Source: Alphaproteobacteria bacterium
GTDB taxonomy: Bacteria; Pseudomonadota; Alphaproteobacteria; RF32; CAG-239
Length of the DNA: 64,000 nucleotides
Assembly (NCBI GenBank): GCA_045537965.1
Contig: JAZSQL010000055.1
Location: forward strand, 5,031 to 69,030
Direction: 5' to 3'
Shown: positions 30,359 to 38,975 of the stretch, piece after piece
Layout: every line of letters starts with the position of its first letter
How positions within the stretch are numbered: position 1 is the stretch's first letter
Position numbers and translations under genes: made by a program
The notes under the pieces: model-generated
What the model was told of the DNA's origin: nothing
What the model saw: the letters and a program-made list of their open reading frames with translations, nothing else
The model's database searches: none

Positions 30359-31299
30359 TTATGTCTCTTTCTTAAAGATATTCTTTTTAGTCGTCTTTCC
30401 ATAAAAACTCGATGAGCATTTCTATAAACAATTATAGATTTCGTGCGAGCTTTAAGAATTATTGTGAATTCCTTCATTGTTAATATAACGCCAATAGTAA
30501 CCAATGTTGACCCTAATAAAATTTGCCAACTAAGAGGATCATTAAACATTAAAACACCAGCAGCAATACCGAAAACAATTCTCAGTGTGCTGAATGGTGC
30601 AATTTTATTAACCCCATTAATCGCAATAAGTTTTTGCCACAAAACTATTGCAACAGACAAAACAATAACTTCAAATGCCATAACCCAACCAGCTATAATC
30701 CAGTTAATACTACCAAGAGCTGTATAATCAAACCTTTCTATCCAAATAGATCCTATAGCCGTAAAAGGAACAGCAAATAAGTATGAATAAGCTAGAAATG
30801 TTGGTGTTTCCATATGTTTAGTATTCTTAAACATAATTTGACAAGCACCCCAAAATATACGTGATAACAGGATAAGTGCTACACCATAAAAACTCATTTT
30901 CGGCATATCCATAATAATAGCAACACCGATAAACGACAACAAAATAGCTAAAACTTGCTTAATATTAACTCTTTCTTTAGCCCAAATACAAGCCATTAAC
31001 ACAGAAATAGGACCTTCCGTTTGCATCAATAAAGAACTTGCCGAAGGTGATAATTCTTTGTAAGCAATGTAGCCTAGCATATTAGTAATAACATTAGATG
31101 TTATAGCAACAAACAAAAGTTGCCCGAGCTCTTTTTTTGTTGGTTTAGCAAATGGTAAAAATATTAATGCCACTATAGCATATCGTATGGTCAAAAAAGT
31201 AAACGGAGGCAATTCTTGAAGTCCTAATTTACTTATTGCAGGGTTAACACCCCAAATAAAAACAACCAATAATGACAAAAATATTGCAGAAAGTTTCAT
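30355..31299 (-). CDS. EamA/DMT-family transporter
   Basis: Ten predicted TM helices in two EamA-like halves. Confidence 0.8.
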   Translation of the reverse strand: MKLSAIFLSLLVVFIWGVNPAISKLGLQELPPFTFLTIRYAIVALIFLPFAKPTKKELGQLLFVAITSNVITNMLGYIAYKELSPSASSLLMQTEGPISVLMACIWAKERVNIKQVLAILLSFIGVAIIMDMPKMSFYGVALILLSRIFWGACQIMFKNTKHMETPTFLAYSYLFAVPFTAIGSIWIERFDYTALGSINWIIAGWVMAFEVIVLSVAIVLWQKLIAINGVNKIAPFSTLRIVFGIAAGVLMFNDPLSWQILLGSTLVTIGVILTMKEFTIILKARTKSIIVYRNAHRVFMERRLKRISLRKRHK

Positions 31300-31310
31300 T
31301 GAGCAATTCC

Positions 31311-33299
31311 TTAAATGTCTAAATCATCAACAAATTTAGCGCGCTCAATAATGAATTTAAATCGTAATTCAGGGTTTTTTCCCATTAAACGTTCAACCTG
31401 ACGTCTAGTTTCAAAAGCCTCTTCTTTGCCTTCTTCGGTAGATGTCGAAGGAATCATAACCCTCAATAACATACGATTCTTCTTATCCATGGTTGTTTCT
31501 TTAAGCTGTAGCGCACTCATTTCACCCAAACCTTTGAATCGGCTAATATCAGGTTTTTGGTTGCTTTTTACAACCTTTGCTAATATTTTGTCTTTATCTT
31601 CATCATCCAAGGCATAATAATTTTTACCTCCAACAGCAATCTTGTAGAGCGGTGGTGTAGCAATAAATAAATGGCCATTAGCAATAAGCTGAGGCATGTG
31701 TTGGTAGAAAAACGTCATTAAAAGAGAGGCAATGTGAGCTCCATCAACATCCGCATCAGTCATGATGATAATTTTTTCATAACGAAGATTTTCTTCTTTA
31801 TAGTTGTCTTTAGTACCACATCCCAAAGCCTCTATCATATCTTTTATTTCTTGGTTTTGGGCAATTTTTTCAATAGATGCACTTGCAACATTTAAAATCT
31901 TACCTCTTAAGGGTAAAATAGCTTGAGTTACTCTATCACGCCCCTGTTTTGCTGAACCTCCAGCCGAATCTCCCTCAACGATAAATAATTCAGTATTTTC
32001 TGACGATGCTTGCGAGCAATCAGCTAATTTTCCAGGCAAACGCAACCTTTTCGTCGGTGTTTTACGAACTTTTTCCTTTTCTTCTTTCTTTTTCTTTCTC
32101 GCATCGGCTCTTTCAACAACATATTCTAACAAAGCGGCTGCATTTTCTAAATCTGAAGATAGCCAGTGGTCAAAAGAATCTTTAACAGCTGTTTCCACTA
32201 AGCGTGTTGCTTTAGACGATGTTAACTTGTCTTTTGTTTGTCCCTGAAATTGAGGATCTCTTATAAAAACAGACAACATAATAGAAGCATCACCCAAAAA
32301 ATCTTCAGCAGTTATATTGGATGCTTTTTTATTGTTGATCATTTCACCATATTCTTTAAGACCTTTTAATAACGCCGACTTAAAGCCTGTTTCATGTGTT
32401 CCTCCAAAAGGAGTGATAACGGTATTACAATAAGAATGGCAAAATCCACTTTCATCTTCAGACCAAGTAATAGCCCACTCTACTTTTCCCTCATCATTAT
32501 CTAAATCTGCTTCCCCAGCAAATGGACGTCTGTTAATAGTTGCTTTAGCTCCAACTTGATAATTCAAAAAATCCAAAACACCGTTAGGGAAACATAATTC
32601 CATTTCCTTAGGAGTAGCCTCTCCTTCACCTATAATTTCAGGAGCACAATGCCAATTTATTTTAATTCCCTTAAATAAAAAAGCCTTTGATCTAGCCATT
32701 CTAAATATACGATTAGGCTGCAAATTTGAATTAGCTCCAAAAATTTCTGGATCGGGTTTAAATGTGATAGATGTTCCTCTACGATTAGGAGCATTTCCTA
32801 CTAATTCTAGAGCACCTAAAGGAATTCCTTTAGAATATTCTTGCCTATAAAGTTTTTTATCTCTAGCAATTTCAACAACTAATTTCTCAGATAAAGCATT
32901 AACTACGGACAAACCAACCCCATGCAACCCTCCAGATACTTTATATGCTCCACCTCCAAACTTTCCGCCAGAATGCAACATAGTCATAATAACTTCTAGA
33001 GCTGATTTATTAGGGTATTTTGGATGTGGATCCACAGGAATACCACGTCCATTATCAATAATGCTGACAGAATAATCCTCATTCATAACAACGTCTATAC
33101 GGGTAGCATATCCAGCAACAGCCTCATCCATTGAGTTGTCCAGTATTTCTGCAACCAAATGATGCAGAGCGGTTTCATCGGTTCCGCCAATATACATACC
33201 TGGTCTATGCCTAACAGGCTCCAACCCCTCTAAAACTTCAATAGATTGAGCGCTATATTCTTTAGTTGTTATTTCTGTTGCTTCAAACAAATCAGCCAT
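31311..33299 (-). CDS. parE: DNA topoisomerase IV subunit B
   Basis: A GyrB paralogue of 662 aa lacking the GyrB insertion. Motifs [39 protein letters not shown]. Confidence 0.93.
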   Translation of the reverse strand: MADLFEATEITTKEYSAQSIEVLEGLEPVRHRPGMYIGGTDETALHHLVAEILDNSMDEAVAGYATRIDVVMNEDYSVSIIDNGRGIPVDPHPKYPNKSALEVIMTMLHSGGKFGGGAYKVSGGLHGVGLSVVNALSEKLVVEIARDKKLYRQEYSKGIPLGALELVGNAPNRRGTSITFKPDPEIFGANSNLQPNRIFRMARSKAFLFKGIKINWHCAPEIIGEGEATPKEMELCFPNGVLDFLNYQVGAKATINRRPFAGEADLDNDEGKVEWAITWSEDESGFCHSYCNTVITPFGGTHETGFKSALLKGLKEYGEMINNKKASNITAEDFLGDASIMLSVFIRDPQFQGQTKDKLTSSKATRLVETAVKDSFDHWLSSDLENAAALLEYVVERADARKKKKEEKEKVRKTPTKRLRLPGKLADCSQASSENTELFIVEGDSAGGSAKQGRDRVTQAILPLRGKILNVASASIEKIAQNQEIKDMIEALGCGTKDNYKEENLRYEKIIIMTDADVDGAHIASLLMTFFYQHMPQLIANGHLFIATPPLYKIAVGGKNYYALDDEDKDKILAKVVKSNQKPDISRFKGLGEMSALQLKETTMDKKNRMLLRVMIPSTSTEEGKEEAFETRRQVERLMGKNPELRFKFIIERAKFVDDLDI

Positions 33300-33439
33300 A
33301 GTTTAATAAAATCCCTTAAAATCCTAATGTTTTTCGGGGTGAATCATAAATCAAAAGGTGGTATTAAACAAGTACAAACTTTGATAAGTCAACAAATCTT
33401 TTTTTGAAAAAACTCTTGATTTTTTAATATTTTATGTAT

Positions 33440-33580
33440 AAAAGGAGTCACGAAATCGTCAATGGTGGCGATTTTATAATTCACACGCAGGCTTGTTTGG
33501 GGTTTTACACCTCACTCCGGTGCTTGAAGTTCAAGTTCTCGCAGGGCTTGCGGAGGTTTAACCGGAAAAAGGATAAAAAA
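33440..33580 (+). promoter_or_regulatory. candidate structured 5' leader of rpsB-tsf
   Basis: A locally G+C-enriched stretch of about 140 nt with several hairpins (AAATCG/CGATTT, CTTGA/TCAAG, CGCA/TGCG), immediately upstream of the rpsB ATG. Confidence 0.3.
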
Positions 33581-34378
33581 ATGACTCTTCCTACATTTAC
33601 TTTACGCCAAATGATTGAAGCTGGCGTACATTTTGGTCACCACGCTCGTCGTTGGAATCCAAAAATGGCTCCATATATTTATGGAAAAAAAGATAACGTT
33701 CATATTATTGATTTACAAAAAACTTATCCAATGCTTTACACAGCAATGGCTACTACCAAGGAAATTGCTGCTCAAGGAGGTAAGGTTTTGTTTGTTGCTA
33801 CAAAGCGTCAGGCACAAGAAATCATTAAAGAAAACGCTGAACGTTGTGGTCAATATTATGTTAACCAACGCTGGTTGGGTGGTATGTTGACTAACTGGAA
33901 AACTGTTCATAAGTCTATTACTCGCTTAGTTAAACTAAATGAAATGTTTGAGAAAAGTGACTTAGCAGGATATACCAAAAAAGAATTGCAGGGCATGAAA
34001 AAAGAACAAGAAAAGCTCCAGCTTGAACTTGGTGGAATTATGAATATGGGTGGACAGCCTGATTTAGTATTTGTAATTGATACTTGCAAAGAATCTTTAG
34101 CTATTAAAGAAGCTAAAAAGCTTGGTATACCAGTTATTGGTATTTGCGATACAAATGCAGATCCAGAAACAGTTGATTTGCCAGTTCCAGGTAACGATGA
34201 TGCTATTCGTGCTATCCAATTTTATTCAGAAATGATTTCAGCTTCTGTTTTGGATGGTATGCAAGCAAATATCGCTGCTAAAGGTGTTAAAGTAGAAGAA
34301 ATGGTTGAAGAAAATGTAGAAGCTCCTAAAGCTGCTAAAAAAAGAACATCTAAAAAAGCAGCAGAAAAAGCTGAATAA
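33581..34378 (+). CDS. rpsB: 30S ribosomal protein S2
   Basis: MTLPTFTLRQMIEAGVHFGH start. The track ORF from 33434 is a spurious 5' extension. Confidence 0.97.
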   Translation: MTLPTFTLRQMIEAGVHFGHHARRWNPKMAPYIYGKKDNVHIIDLQKTYPMLYTAMATTKEIAAQGGKVLFVATKRQAQEIIKENAERCGQYYVNQRWLGGMLTNWKTVHKSITRLVKLNEMFEKSDLAGYTKKELQGMKKEQEKLQLELGGIMNMGGQPDLVFVIDTCKESLAIKEAKKLGIPVIGICDTNADPETVDLPVPGNDDAIRAIQFYSEMISASVLDGMQANIAAKGVKVEEMVEENVEAPKAAKKRTSKKAAEKAE

Positions 34379-34468
34379 CATTTTTTCTTCTTAATCAGCT
34401 TATGTTATAAATGGCGGTGCTAGATTTTTTAGTACCGCCCGTTAATGAAAATTTCAGAGGGTTTAAAA

Positions 34469-35395
34469 ATGACAGAGATTACTGCCGCAAAAGTAAAAGA
34501 ACTTAGAGAATTGACCAGTGCTGGTATGCTTGATTGTAAAAAAGCTTTGGTTGAAGCTAATGGTAACATGGATGAAGCAGTAGATTGGCTTCGTAAAAAA
34601 GGTTTAGCTTCAGCAGCTAAAAAAGCTAGCCGTATTGCTGCTGAAGGGTTGGTTTCAATTTATGTTGAAGGTAATAAAGGGGCAATCGCCGAAGTAAACT
34701 CAGAGACGGACTTTGTTGCCAAAAATGATTTATTTCAAGATTATGTTTCTGATGCTGCGAAAGTAGCTTTGGCTGCTGCTGGTGAAATTTGTGATATGAA
34801 ATCTTTTCATTGTCCAAAATGTAACAAGACTTTTGAAGAGCGACTAACAGATTTGATTGCGAAAATTGGTGAAAACATGAATTTGCGCCGTGCAGCTATG
34901 TTAGAAGTAAATAATGGTGTTGTTTCTTCTTACTTACATAACTGCTGTGGTGATAATCTTGGTAAAATCGGAGTGTTGGTTGCTTTAGAATCAACAGCTG
35001 ACAAAGCAAAATTAGAAGAATTGGGCAAACATATTGCTATGCACATTGCCGCTTCTTCTCCGTTGTTCTTAGATATTGCTTCTGTTGACGCAGCTGCCGT
35101 AGAACGCGAAAAAGCAATCTTTACCGAACAAGCAAAAGCTTCGGGCAAGCCTGAAAACATCATTGAAAAGATGGTTGAAGGTCGTGTTCGCAAATACTAT
35201 GACGAAGTAGTTTTGGAAGAACAAGCCTACATTATGGATCCTGACAAAAAAGTTAAGCAAGTTATTGCTGATACTGCCAAAGAATTGGGTACAGAAATTA
35301 AATTGGTTAATTATGTTCGTTTCAAATTGGGCGAAGGTTTGCAAAAGAAAGAAGAAGACTTCGCTTCAGAAGTTGCTGCTCAATTAGGCAAATAA
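34469..35395 (+). CDS. tsf: elongation factor Ts
   Basis: MTEITAAKVKELRELTSAGMLDCKKAL UBA-like N-terminus. Follows rpsB. Confidence 0.97.
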   Translation: MTEITAAKVKELRELTSAGMLDCKKALVEANGNMDEAVDWLRKKGLASAAKKASRIAAEGLVSIYVEGNKGAIAEVNSETDFVAKNDLFQDYVSDAAKVALAAAGEICDMKSFHCPKCNKTFEERLTDLIAKIGENMNLRRAAMLEVNNGVVSSYLHNCCGDNLGKIGVLVALESTADKAKLEELGKHIAMHIAASSPLFLDIASVDAAAVEREKAIFTEQAKASGKPENIIEKMVEGRVRKYYDEVVLEEQAYIMDPDKKVKQVIADTAKELGTEIKLVNYVRFKLGEGLQKKEEDFASEVAAQLGK

Positions 35396-35420
35396 TTTTT
35401 TAATTATAAAAAAACAAGAA

Positions 35421-35454
35421 CCCCGCCTTTTTATAAATAGGGCGGGGCTTTTTT
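35421..35454 (+). terminator. Rho-independent terminator after tsf
   Basis: Stem CCCCGCC/GGCGGGG followed by CTTTTTT. Confidence 0.8.
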
Positions 35455-35486
35455 GTAGCTAATTGCTTATTTCCTGTTTCATAGGT

Positions 35487-35726
35487 TTAAAATAAGGTGG
35501 TTATTATAAAACCTATAGAAAACACAAGAGCCCCTAAAAGAAGAACCTCTAACGCGACAACGCCCACGCAAACCACGAGCAGCAGAGTTGGATAGTCGCG
35601 GTAAACAAAATATTTCAAAGCTTCCTTCTTGGTAGAAGGATAAGTTTCTTTGAATAGCTTGTCCAAGAAGACCTTTTTGTTTGCCAATAAGCAAATAGCA
35701 AACTTTCTAAATTTTTTTTCTTTCAT
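35487..35726 (-). CDS. hypothetical small tail-anchored membrane protein
   Basis: 79 aa with a basic N-terminal half and one long C-terminal hydrophobic segment. Weak RBS. An alternative overlapping frame exists. Confidence 0.35.
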   Translation of the reverse strand: MKEKKFRKFAICLLANKKVFLDKLFKETYPSTKKEALKYFVYRDYPTLLLVVCVGVVALEVLLLGALVFSIGFIITTLF

Positions 35727-35956
35727 AACTTTTATTCTTTGTTATTTGTTGTTTATTATTTTATTTTTAATAAAAAATATTCTATTCTCATACAACGTAA
35801 ACCATTGACACAATCAAAGTTATGAATTAGATCACCGATAATAAGAAAACAGAATAATTTTTTGTCATAAACTTGCTATATCATATTTGTCACTTTGTGT
35901 CAATATGAGCAACATATTGAAATACAACAACAAAAAGAGAGATATTCAAAAAATAT

Positions 35957-36763
35957 TTATAATGTTATTTTAACCATAACAGGTACGTGATCAGATGGTC
36001 GTTCTTTTGAGCGAAAATCATCTAAAATTTCAGCGCTTAAAATTCTATTTTCCAAAGGTTTTGTCGTCCAAATATGGTCCAATCTGCGTCCTTTGTTATT
36101 AGTTTGCCAATTTGGGTTGCGATAACTCCACCATGAAAAAACTTTTTCCGGTTCTTTATAAAATTTGCGTACTGCGTCAACAAAATCCAAAGATTCAAAA
36201 AGTCTGGTTAACCTTCCAACCTCTATTGGAGTATGTGATACAATTTTCAATAGTTGTTTGTGGTTCCATACATCATTTTCTCTTGGGGCAACATTAAAAT
36301 CACCACACAATAGTATTTTTTTATTTTTCAACGTATCACTATTTTGTTCATAAAATTCTGAAATATCATCCATAAAACATAATTTATACGCAAAAGACAA
36401 ATTTTCTATAGGATCAGGAATATCTCCACCAGCAGGAATGTATATATTATTTATTTCTATATCATCAAACAATACTGCTTTAATATGACGGGCATCTTTT
36501 TTACCCACCCAATTTTGTTCTGCAACCGATTTGAAAGGATATTTTGATAGGATTGCCACTCCATTATAACCAGCTATACCATAAACACAAATATGCTCAA
36601 AACCTAATTTTTTTATATCGCCGAAAGGAAAATCTTCTTTTTTTGCCTTAATTTCTTGCAGGCAAACCACATCAGGATTGTGCTCTACAACAAGCTGCCG
36701 TAATAAGTCTAAACGAATACGGATAGAATTCACATTCCAAGAAACAAGTTTAAAAGAGTACAT
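35957..36763 (-). CDS. xthA: exodeoxyribonuclease III
   Basis: SWNVNSIR, CLQE and C-terminal SDHVP motifs of the EEP nuclease family. Confidence 0.93.
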   Translation of the reverse strand: MYSFKLVSWNVNSIRIRLDLLRQLVVEHNPDVVCLQEIKAKKEDFPFGDIKKLGFEHICVYGIAGYNGVAILSKYPFKSVAEQNWVGKKDARHIKAVLFDDIEINNIYIPAGGDIPDPIENLSFAYKLCFMDDISEFYEQNSDTLKNKKILLCGDFNVAPRENDVWNHKQLLKIVSHTPIEVGRLTRLFESLDFVDAVRKFYKEPEKVFSWWSYRNPNWQTNNKGRRLDHIWTTKPLENRILSAEILDDFRSKERPSDHVPVMVKITL

Positions 36764-36765
36764 AA

Positions 36766-37377
36766 CTATTTTTTCTTTTTAAAATTTCTAGAACTATTTT
36801 TCTTATTTTTGAATTTGAAAACATTATCATTTAATTCAAAATCTTTTTTTGCATCATATAATGAAACACTAACCTCAACGCTTTGTGGATCAACGATTTT
36901 CCATTGTTTTAATTCTAAAGGATTATTTGAAAAAACCAAAGTAATAGGGCCAAGGTCTCCTTTATTTGCATAATCTAAAGTAATAGACGTCGAGCCACTA
37001 TCTTGATAAAAATCAACAATTTTAAGGTTATTATTATCTATCTTAATTTGATTAGATAAAATCATTGATGCGGGAATGTCGTTATAATCAATGTGTGTAA
37101 TTTGATTCAAGTCTAAATCATTATAAATGATAAAATCTCCATCTCCTACAATCAAAACGTTGGTTGGCTCAGCATACTCCATGCGAATTTTATTAGGTTT
37201 TTTTATGTATAATCGTCCTTCTGCAGTTGCTCCGTTTGAAGCCATTTGTACAAAAGTTGCTTCTAAACTTTTCATGTTATTTAAATAATTTTCTATCTTT
37301 TGTATATTTTCCACAGATTGCGATTTAGCATCAAAAATAAACAACATAACACATAAGAAAACTAAATATTTTTTCAT
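36766..37377 (-). CDS. lolA: LolA-like outer-membrane lipoprotein carrier
   Basis: Signal peptide and the pattern ATFVQ...GRLYIKKPNKIRMEY...VGDG..IIYN typical of LolA. Confidence 0.7.
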   Translation of the reverse strand: MKKYLVFLCVMLFIFDAKSQSVENIQKIENYLNNMKSLEATFVQMASNGATAEGRLYIKKPNKIRMEYAEPTNVLIVGDGDFIIYNDLDLNQITHIDYNDIPASMILSNQIKIDNNNLKIVDFYQDSGSTSITLDYANKGDLGPITLVFSNNPLELKQWKIVDPQSVEVSVSLYDAKKDFELNDNVFKFKNKKNSSRNFKKKK

Positions 37378-37450
37378 CGACCATTTCCTTGTTAGAAATA
37401 AAGCAATATAAATTCAATATAATTATTTTAAGTTTTAAGTCTATACAAAC

Positions 37451-37488
37451 CTATCCCCTGTCAACATTTAATATTAACAGGGGATAGA
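37451..37488 (-). terminator. hairpin downstream of the small ORF
   Basis: Perfect 11-bp stem CTATCCCCTGT/ACAGGGGATAG with a 16-nt loop. Only a modest U-tail (GUUUGUAU) on the minus strand. Confidence 0.45.
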
Positions 37489-37503
37489 ATTAACTAAATA
37501 ATA

Positions 37504-37665
37504 TTAATATCCACCACATCCGCATCCTTTGTTTGAAGAAGATGCAGATGTTTCTGAAGAATTATTACTTGATGTGTTGCTTGCTTCTTGATTTGTAGAG
37601 GCAGCTTTGTTTTTAGACATTTTACTACGTGAAGATTCTTTAGAATCTCTCATATCTTTACACAT
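37504..37665 (-). CDS. unannotated small ORF: 53-aa Ser/Asn/Lys-rich peptide ending GCGCGGY
   Basis: Hand translation gives MCKDMRDSKESSRSKMSKNKAASTNQEASNTSSNNSSETSASSSNKGCGCGGY. An AGGAG sits 7 nt upstream of the ATG, a TATAAT-like box about 20 nt further up, and a hairpin downstream. It appears to fall below the ORF-track size cutoff (no track ORF is shorter than 60 aa). Confidence 0.45.
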   Translation of the reverse strand: MCKDMRDSKESSRSKMSKNKAASTNQEASNTSSNNSSETSASSSNKGCGCGGY

Positions 37666-37777
37666 ATTCTCACTCCTAATTTTAATTATAATATGTTTAA
37701 GTACACAAAAAGAAGTAAGAACTAAATATAAATTAACAACCTAATCTTTCAGTTTATCTTATCATAAGATTACAAAA

Positions 37778-38053
37778 TTAATCTTCACCAAACTTATTAT
37801 TCAGAAGCTTTTCAATCGCATTCATGGCTTCCAAAGCTTGATTTCCTGAAGCAGAAACTTTAATGGTTGTTCCTTTTGATGCCGCAAGCATCATCAATCC
37901 CATTATAGAACAACCGTTTACACATTGTCCAATACGCTCAACTTCAACCTCAGCATCAAAAGGCTCAACTGTTTTAACAAATGCAGCCGCAGCACGAGCA
38001 TGCAATCCCTTAATATTTTTTATTTCTAAATCTTTTACTAATTTATCAGACAT
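37778..38053 (-). CDS. ptsH: HPr-family phosphocarrier (NPr-like)
   Basis: Active-site NIKGLHARAAAAF, and a 91-aa HPr fold length. Confidence 0.85.
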   Translation of the reverse strand: MSDKLVKDLEIKNIKGLHARAAAAFVKTVEPFDAEVEVERIGQCVNGCSIMGLMMLAASKGTTIKVSASGNQALEAMNAIEKLLNNKFGED

Positions 38054-38054
38054 T

Positions 38055-38453
38055 CTAGTTTCCTAAAAGTTGTGATGCTATATTAATATATTTTTTACCA
38101 GCTTCTTGAGCTCCTTCAACAGCTTCTTTCATATTTTTTTCTTTACGTAGTGAAGCTATTTTTATTAACATAGGTAAATTAATCCCAGCTAAAATTTCAA
38201 CGTTGGCACGATCCATTATTGATAAGGCCAAATTAGAGGGTGTTCCACCAAACATATCTGTTAAAAGAACAACACCATCTCCGCTATTAACACTGTCAAC
38301 TTTTTTAATAATTTCATTTCTACGCATATCCATGTCATCTTCAGGACCAATGCAAACCCCTGCTAACTGTTGTTGGGGACCAACAACATGTTGCATTGCA
38401 GATATAAATTCATTAGCCAAATTTCCGTGAGTCACTAAAACTAATCCAATCAT
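38055..38453 (-). CDS. PTS EIIA component, mannose/fructose family
   Basis: MIGLVLVTHGNLANEF N-terminus with the catalytic His. 132 aa. Sits directly upstream of the HPr-like gene. Confidence 0.85.
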   Translation of the reverse strand: MIGLVLVTHGNLANEFISAMQHVVGPQQQLAGVCIGPEDDMDMRRNEIIKKVDSVNSGDGVVLLTDMFGGTPSNLALSIMDRANVEILAGINLPMLIKIASLRKEKNMKEAVEGAQEAGKKYINIASQLLGN

Positions 38454-38465
38454 TAATAACCTCGC

Positions 38466-38891
38466 TTATTTGATATTATTTTCACCATTAGTCCAAATTT
38501 TAACAGCGCCAAAACTTTTTAAAAGCTCATCACGATTTTTTGCTCTTACTATTTCATCCGCTCTAGTCTGTTTTCCCTCAAAAACAATTTCTTCAACATT
38601 TTCAACGGGAACACCATAAACACGCTCAACCATTTTGCCCTTTAGTTCAACAATCATAACAAATTCTGACTCAGCTAAGGGTTCTACGGTTTCAATATGA
38701 ATATTATCAAGCTTTACAGCTAGATGCGAATCTCTTTTTAATAGAGCAGTTCGTTTGCCATCAAATTCCAAAACAGGATTATCTGGAGCACCTGTACGCG
38801 CATCAATAAAAATTGCGAGTTCACCATATTTATTTTCAATAATTTCAAAAAAATCTTGTCTTTCAATTAAAGTATAATATTGTGTTTCCAT
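38466..38891 (-). CDS. hypothetical protein heading the EIIA-NPr operon
   Basis: 141-aa ORF, 12 nt upstream of the EIIA gene on the same strand. No recognised motif. Confidence 0.55.
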   Translation of the reverse strand: METQYYTLIERQDFFEIIENKYGELAIFIDARTGAPDNPVLEFDGKRTALLKRDSHLAVKLDNIHIETVEPLAESEFVMIVELKGKMVERVYGVPVENVEEIVFEGKQTRADEIVRAKNRDELLKSFGAVKIWTNGENNIK

Positions 38892-38975
38892 CTCAAAAAG
38901 CTTTCAAATATTGCTTTAAACCGAGTACTATGGTACAACATTATCACCAAACTGTCAATTTTAGGTTAATAGATT

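Noticed and set aside
33434-33580. The long N-terminal extension of the rpsB ORF (MYKRSHEIVNGG...).
   Set aside because: S2 begins at the conserved MTLPTFTLRQM... (ATG 33581). The extension has no homology and overlaps the probable structured leader.
34805-34834. FHCPKCNKTF in EF-Ts looks like half of a C2H2 zinc finger.
   Set aside because: The required downstream His pair is missing. The segment lies in a variable EF-Ts region, so this is most likely coincidence.
35479-35694. An alternative 71-aa Arg-rich ORF overlapping the tail-anchored candidate.
   Set aside because: Its composition (RGLRGRCRVRGSSFRGS) is typical of an off-frame reading of a G+C-richer coding segment. The other frame is more protein-like.
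35805-35815. The 11-mer TTGACACAATC is repeated at 35805 and 48065. An inverted TTGTGTCAA lies at 35895.
   Set aside because: Many 11-mer coincidences are expected in 64 kb of AT-rich DNA. The shared part is just a -35-like TTGACA. There is no consistent -10 element or downstream gene.
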